Positions 60,510 to 64,000 of a DNA stretch of 64,000 nt are shown piece after piece. The DNA is from an uncultured Gemmataceae bacterium (GTDB lineage Bacteria > Planctomycetota > Planctomycetia > Gemmatales > Gemmataceae): contig CAVVPN010000011.1 of assembly GCA_963750165.1 (NCBI GenBank), positions 1,856,001 through 1,920,000 on the forward strand, given 5' to 3'. The notes beneath the pieces are model-generated. The model was not told the DNA's origin, searched no databases, and saw nothing but the letters and a program-made list of their open reading frames with translations. How positions within the stretch are numbered: position 1 is the first letter of the stretch; each line of letters starts with the position of its first letter. A program made the translations under genes and the position numbers.

Positions 60510-61628
60510 TCATCGTCCGCCATCCATCGGAACGTCGTTTTCCAGTTGCAAGATGGTCAAATAAACCGCGGTCGAATACACCGGGCCGAGGGTGAAGCCG
60601 TTCTGCACGCTCCAGGAACCGTCCGTGGCCTGGGTCTGCACCAGTTCGTCGAAAATCTTGGCCCGATAGCCCGACCAGGTGAGGCGGTCGGCGGCGTCCG
60701 CGCCGAACATCCGATCCCAACCCCGGTCGCCCAGGATGAAGGCCGCCCGGGCGTAGAAATAGTGGGTGAATTCCTCATAACCCTGGCGGGCCTGGTTGTT
60801 GGCCAAACCCAGGCTCAGCGGGGTCCGCTGCCGGCAATACTGTAACCACTTCTGCACGTGCTCATCTTTTTGCTCGGCGAAGTTCAGCACCGCGACCACG
60901 GCGCCCGCGGTCAGGCCGGGCCGTTCGTGCTTCGCCGTGCTGGAGTAGTAGACGCCACCATTCGGCCCGGTGTTGTTGCGCAGGTAAGCCTGGGCTTTCT
61001 TGAGCAACTCTCGGGACACGGGGATGCCGGCGTTGCGGGTGGCCCGCAGCCCGTAAATCTGGGTGATGGTGATGGCACCCTCGTCCTGGTCGAAGCCCGG
61101 TTGCCAGGCGTAGTGCCAGCCGCCCTTGCTCGACTGCGTGCGCTCCAGGTACTTGACGGCCCGGGTGAGCACGTCCTTGCTTTTGTCGCGCGACTCGCGT
61201 TTCGGGTCGTCGCCGTAGGCTCGTGCCAGGAACTCCAGCGCCTGGCCGTGGCCGAACATGGGCCGCGGGTCACGGTCGGGGTTGCCGATGAGCCCGTCGT
61301 GCTCGCCGCCCTTCTGGCTCTGCCGGAGCAGGAAGGCGATGGCTTTTTGCAGATGCCTGGCGTATTTGCCTTCGTGAACCGTGCTGCCCTCCAGCGCCAG
61401 GGCGGTGCCGGCCAGCGCGGTCAGCGGGACCTTGTATTGGCCCTTGACGTCCCAGCTGCCGTCCGCACCCTGCTGCGCCGCCAGCCATTCCAGCCCCCTG
61501 GCGGTGGCCCGGCGGGCCTTGTCCTGCTCGTTCTGGGCCTGAAGGCGCGGTACGACGACGGCCAGCGCCAGCAGCGCGGCGGTCGTGACGACAGCGGTCT
61601 TCAGGAGGGACACCGGGGGAAACTCCAC
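60510..61628 (-). CDS. Exported prenyltransferase/squalene-oxidase-repeat protein (divergent paralogue)
   Basis: GLEWLAAQQGADGSW, MFGHG, QSSKGGWHY, DEGAIT, LRATRNAG, QATDGSW. Confidence 0.9.
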   Translation of the reverse strand: MEFPPVSLLKTAVVTTAALLALAVVVPRLQAQNEQDKARRATARGLEWLAAQQGADGSWDVKGQYKVPLTALAGTALALEGSTVHEGKYARHLQKAIAFLLRQSQKGGEHDGLIGNPDRDPRPMFGHGQALEFLARAYGDDPKRESRDKSKDVLTRAVKYLERTQSSKGGWHYAWQPGFDQDEGAITITQIYGLRATRNAGIPVSRELLKKAQAYLRNNTGPNGGVYYSSTAKHERPGLTAGAVVAVLNFAEQKDEHVQKWLQYCRQRTPLSLGLANNQARQGYEEFTHYFYARAAFILGDRGWDRMFGADAADRLTWSGYRAKIFDELVQTQATDGSWSVQNGFTLGPVYSTAVYLTILQLENDVPMDGGR

Positions 61629-61651
61629 CTTGATAAAACTCGATTGATCCT

Positions 61652-61703
61652 GGCGCGAAACGATAAATCAAGAGTAATGAGGCTCGATTTATCGTTTCGC
61701 GCC
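61652..61703. repeat. 18-bp-stem AT-rich hairpin between paralogues
   Basis: ggcgcgaaacgataaatc-N16-gatttatcgtttcgcgcc. Confidence 0.75.
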
Positions 61704-61711
61704 GGCTGGGT

Positions 61712-62861
61712 TCAGCGCTGGTATATCGGCAGTGTGCCCTTGTCGAGTTGCATCACTGTCAGGTACAGCGCCGTCGTGTAGACCGGGCCGATGCCGTAGC
61801 CGCCCTGCGACCAGCTGCCGTCCTTGGACTGCATCTGAACCAGGCGGTCGAACAGCTGGGCGCGGTAGGCCGTCCAGGTGACCTTCTCGTCACCCTTGCC
61901 CTGGCCGAACAGCTTCTCCCAACCGGTGTCGCCAAGCATGTACACCGCCTGGGCGTAGTAGTAGTGCGTGTACTCATCGTGGCCGAAGCGGACGCCGCCG
62001 CCGTTGATCGGGATGGCGTCCTTGCAGTACTTGAACCACTTGATGACGTACTCGTTGTTCTCCTTCTTGAAGTCGCCGGCGCTGAAGAAGCAGGCGATGG
62101 CGGCGGCGGTCAGCGGCGGTCGTTCGCCGCCCGCGGGGGCCTTCATGCCGCCGCGACCCAGGCTGTACACCACGCCGCCGCGCTCCGTCGTCGAGTGCTT
62201 CAGGTAGTCCTGCGCCTTCTTGACAAAGTCGCGTGGCACCGGAATGCCGGCGTTGCGGGCGGCACGCAGCGCCTGCATCTGCGTCACTGTCACGGAGCCC
62301 TCGTCGCTGTCGTGACCGTCGGCCTTGGAGGTGTAGTACCAGCCGCCCTGCGTCGATTGGGCGTTGCCGATGTACTTCACGCCGCGGGCGATCACGTCCT
62401 TCAGTTCGGCGCGGCGTTTGGCGTTGCCCTCGTCGCCGTAGACCGACGCCAGGAACATCACCGCGAAGCCGTGGCCGTACATGTAGCGCGTCGCCTCATC
62501 GCGGTTCTCGAAGTCGGCGATCAGGCCGTCGCGCTGGTTGCCCTTCTGGCTCATGCGCATCAGGAAGTTGACCGCCCGCTCGATCTGCTTGGAATACTTG
62601 CCGTCCTTGATGGTGCTGCCCTCCATGAGCAGCGCCATGCCAGCCAGGGCGGTCATGGCGACCTTGTGCTGGGCGCCGCCGGCGCTCCAGTAGCCTTCCT
62701 TCTTGTCGTCGCTGACGGTCTGCTTCTCGGCCAGCCACTTCAGGCCGGCTTCCACGTTGGGGCGATATTTCTTGGGGATCTCGTCCGCCCGCGCGCGGCG
62801 TGCTCGCCAGCAGCACCGCCACGCCGCACGCCAGAACCGCACTCCACGCCTTGGTCTTCAT
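61712..62861 (-). CDS. Exported prenyltransferase/squalene-oxidase-repeat protein; frameshift in the signal-peptide region near 62790
   Basis: ATG at 62861 after GAGGAG gives MKTKAWSAVLACGVAVLLAS, then shifts to RADEIPKKY...LPIYQR. Confidence 0.88.
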
Positions 62862-63038
62862 GTGTCCGTTACTCCTCGAACCACGTTCCCGGAACGAGAA
62901 CCTATCCCCTTCTGGTATGACGAACCACTGAACATTTCCTGACCAGTGATCTGCACGAAAATGTTCGGCCCCGTTTCTCTGCCGCTTGCGGCTTGGCGCA
63001 TGGAGCGCGCCAAGCCGCAAGTGGCGGAACAGACGGGT

Positions 63039-64000
63039 TCAGCGCTTCAGCGCCCGCATGAGGCGTGCTCCCCCGCCGGGCGCCGCGACGCCCTGCAGGG
63101 CCGCCGGTTGACCGCCGCCCTGCGGGGCCAGTGCCGCGTTGTCCTTGCGGCCGTCGTCGAGGTAAATTTGCTCGACGAACCCGTTGCCGACCAGGTTGAT
63201 GGTGCCCGCCTTCACGTCCACCGTGAAGGCGTTGAACTTGGAGAGAGTGGTATTGGGGGCAGTCTCCGTCTTGGCCGGCCAGGAGATGGTCCGGCCGTCG
63301 TCCGTCTTGCTGAAGACCGCCGTCTGCCAGACGCCCTGCTGACCTGGTTGGATCGGCTGGTTCGGCTGGAACGGCCGCACGTAGCGCGAACTGAAGACCA
63401 GCACCGGCAGGCTGCGGAACTGCTCCACCACAATCATCTGGTTCTGGACCTCTTCGCACAGGTGCCAGAGGAACTCGCCCTTGCCATCGATGCAGCAGAA
63501 CCAACCGTTGACCAGGTGGCAGCGCACGCCGTTGTTGAAGTTCGACGACACCACGCCGCCAGCGACCCGCCGCGTGTCGATCGGCTGGTTGAGCGCCACG
63601 TAGAAGTGCTCGGCGTCTCGCAGCAACAGCGGCCTGTGCAGGGTCTTGATGACCTCCGGCGTCACCTTGAACTGGACGAGGTTGCTCTTGACCAGCTCGC
63701 GCCGCGCTTTCAGGTCGATGACCGTCAGCACGCCCTTGGGGTTGATGACGCCGGCCAGGTATGGGTCTTCCGTCTCGCACACCACGGTGCCGTTGTCGAA
63801 CACCTGCTTGTACAGGTCCTGGCCGGTGAGCACGTCGTACAGCCGCAGCGTCAGGCCGTTGTTCGGGTCGGCCACCACCAGAGTGCGGCCGAGAATCCGC
63901 AGCCGATGCTTGAACATCGGCCCAAAATCCTTGACCTCAACAGGTGCGCCGTCCACCGCTCGCACCGCCCGACCGGGGCCGGCCACCAGGCCGCCGGGCG
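63039..64000 (-). CDS. 3' part of a large beta-rich protein (possibly PQQ-like beta-propeller)
   Basis: Open to the window edge; LRLYDVLTGQDLY, LTVIDLKA, CIDGKGEFLW. Confidence 0.65.
   Translation of the reverse strand, partial: PGGLVAGPGRAVRAVDGAPVEVKDFGPMFKHRLRILGRTLVVADPNNGLTLRLYDVLTGQDLYKQVFDNGTVVCETEDPYLAGVINPKGVLTVIDLKARRELVKSNLVQFKVTPEVIKTLHRPLLLRDAEHFYVALNQPIDTRRVAGGVVSSNFNNGVRCHLVNGWFCCIDGKGEFLWHLCEEVQNQMIVVEQFRSLPVLVFSSRYVRPFQPNQPIQPGQQGVWQTAVFSKTDDGRTISWPAKTETAPNTTLSKFNAFTVDVKAGTINLVGNGFVEQIYLDDGRKDNAALAPQGGGQPAALQGVAAPGGGARLMRALKR

Noticed and set aside
59307..62861. Squalene-hopene cyclase / hopanoid cluster
   Set aside because: Single-barrel length, signal peptides, no clear DXDD and no isoprenoid pathway genes nearby.

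Overview
GC-rich bacterial window, most likely Planctomycetota (Gemmataceae-like). This is inferred from a TIGR03000-type protein, the HtrA/vWA/prenyltransferase-repeat gene set and the intergenic repeats. 1-6.3 kb is a decayed mobile region: the 5' end of a TPR gene, a deleted large-serine-recombinase element, IS4-superfamily transposase scraps, a QueG-like 4Fe-4S/SCP2 gene and several orphan 3' gene ends. 6.4-33.5 kb is mostly housekeeping and accessory genes: hydrolase, cbiQO, HPF-sigma2 fusion, TlpA, WD40, Uma2, rpmB-gatC-gatA, fbp, mnmA, HpcH, MoxR, Lgt-PDZ, hybrid kinase, SF2 helicase plus a DUF932-like gene, cupin, ferredoxin, TIGR03000 and HNH. 33.6-64 kb is one minus-strand gene cluster and the best candidate for an uncharacterised system. 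It encodes three exported alpha/alpha-toroid (prenyltransferase-repeat) paralogues, MoxR, DUF58, two vWA membrane proteins, coiled-coil proteins, an NPCBM protein and three HtrA-like paralogues, only one of which keeps the catalytic triad. Two small cassettes interrupt it: an ART-like gene paired with a PilB-N2-like gene, and a four-helix-bundle gene between inverted heptamer arrays. The intergenic DNA carries MITEs, GTAG REP-like hairpins and a four-layer nested insertion. Several otherwise intact genes have 1-2 bp frameshifts that look like assembly errors. All family names come from motif recognition by eye; no searches were run.
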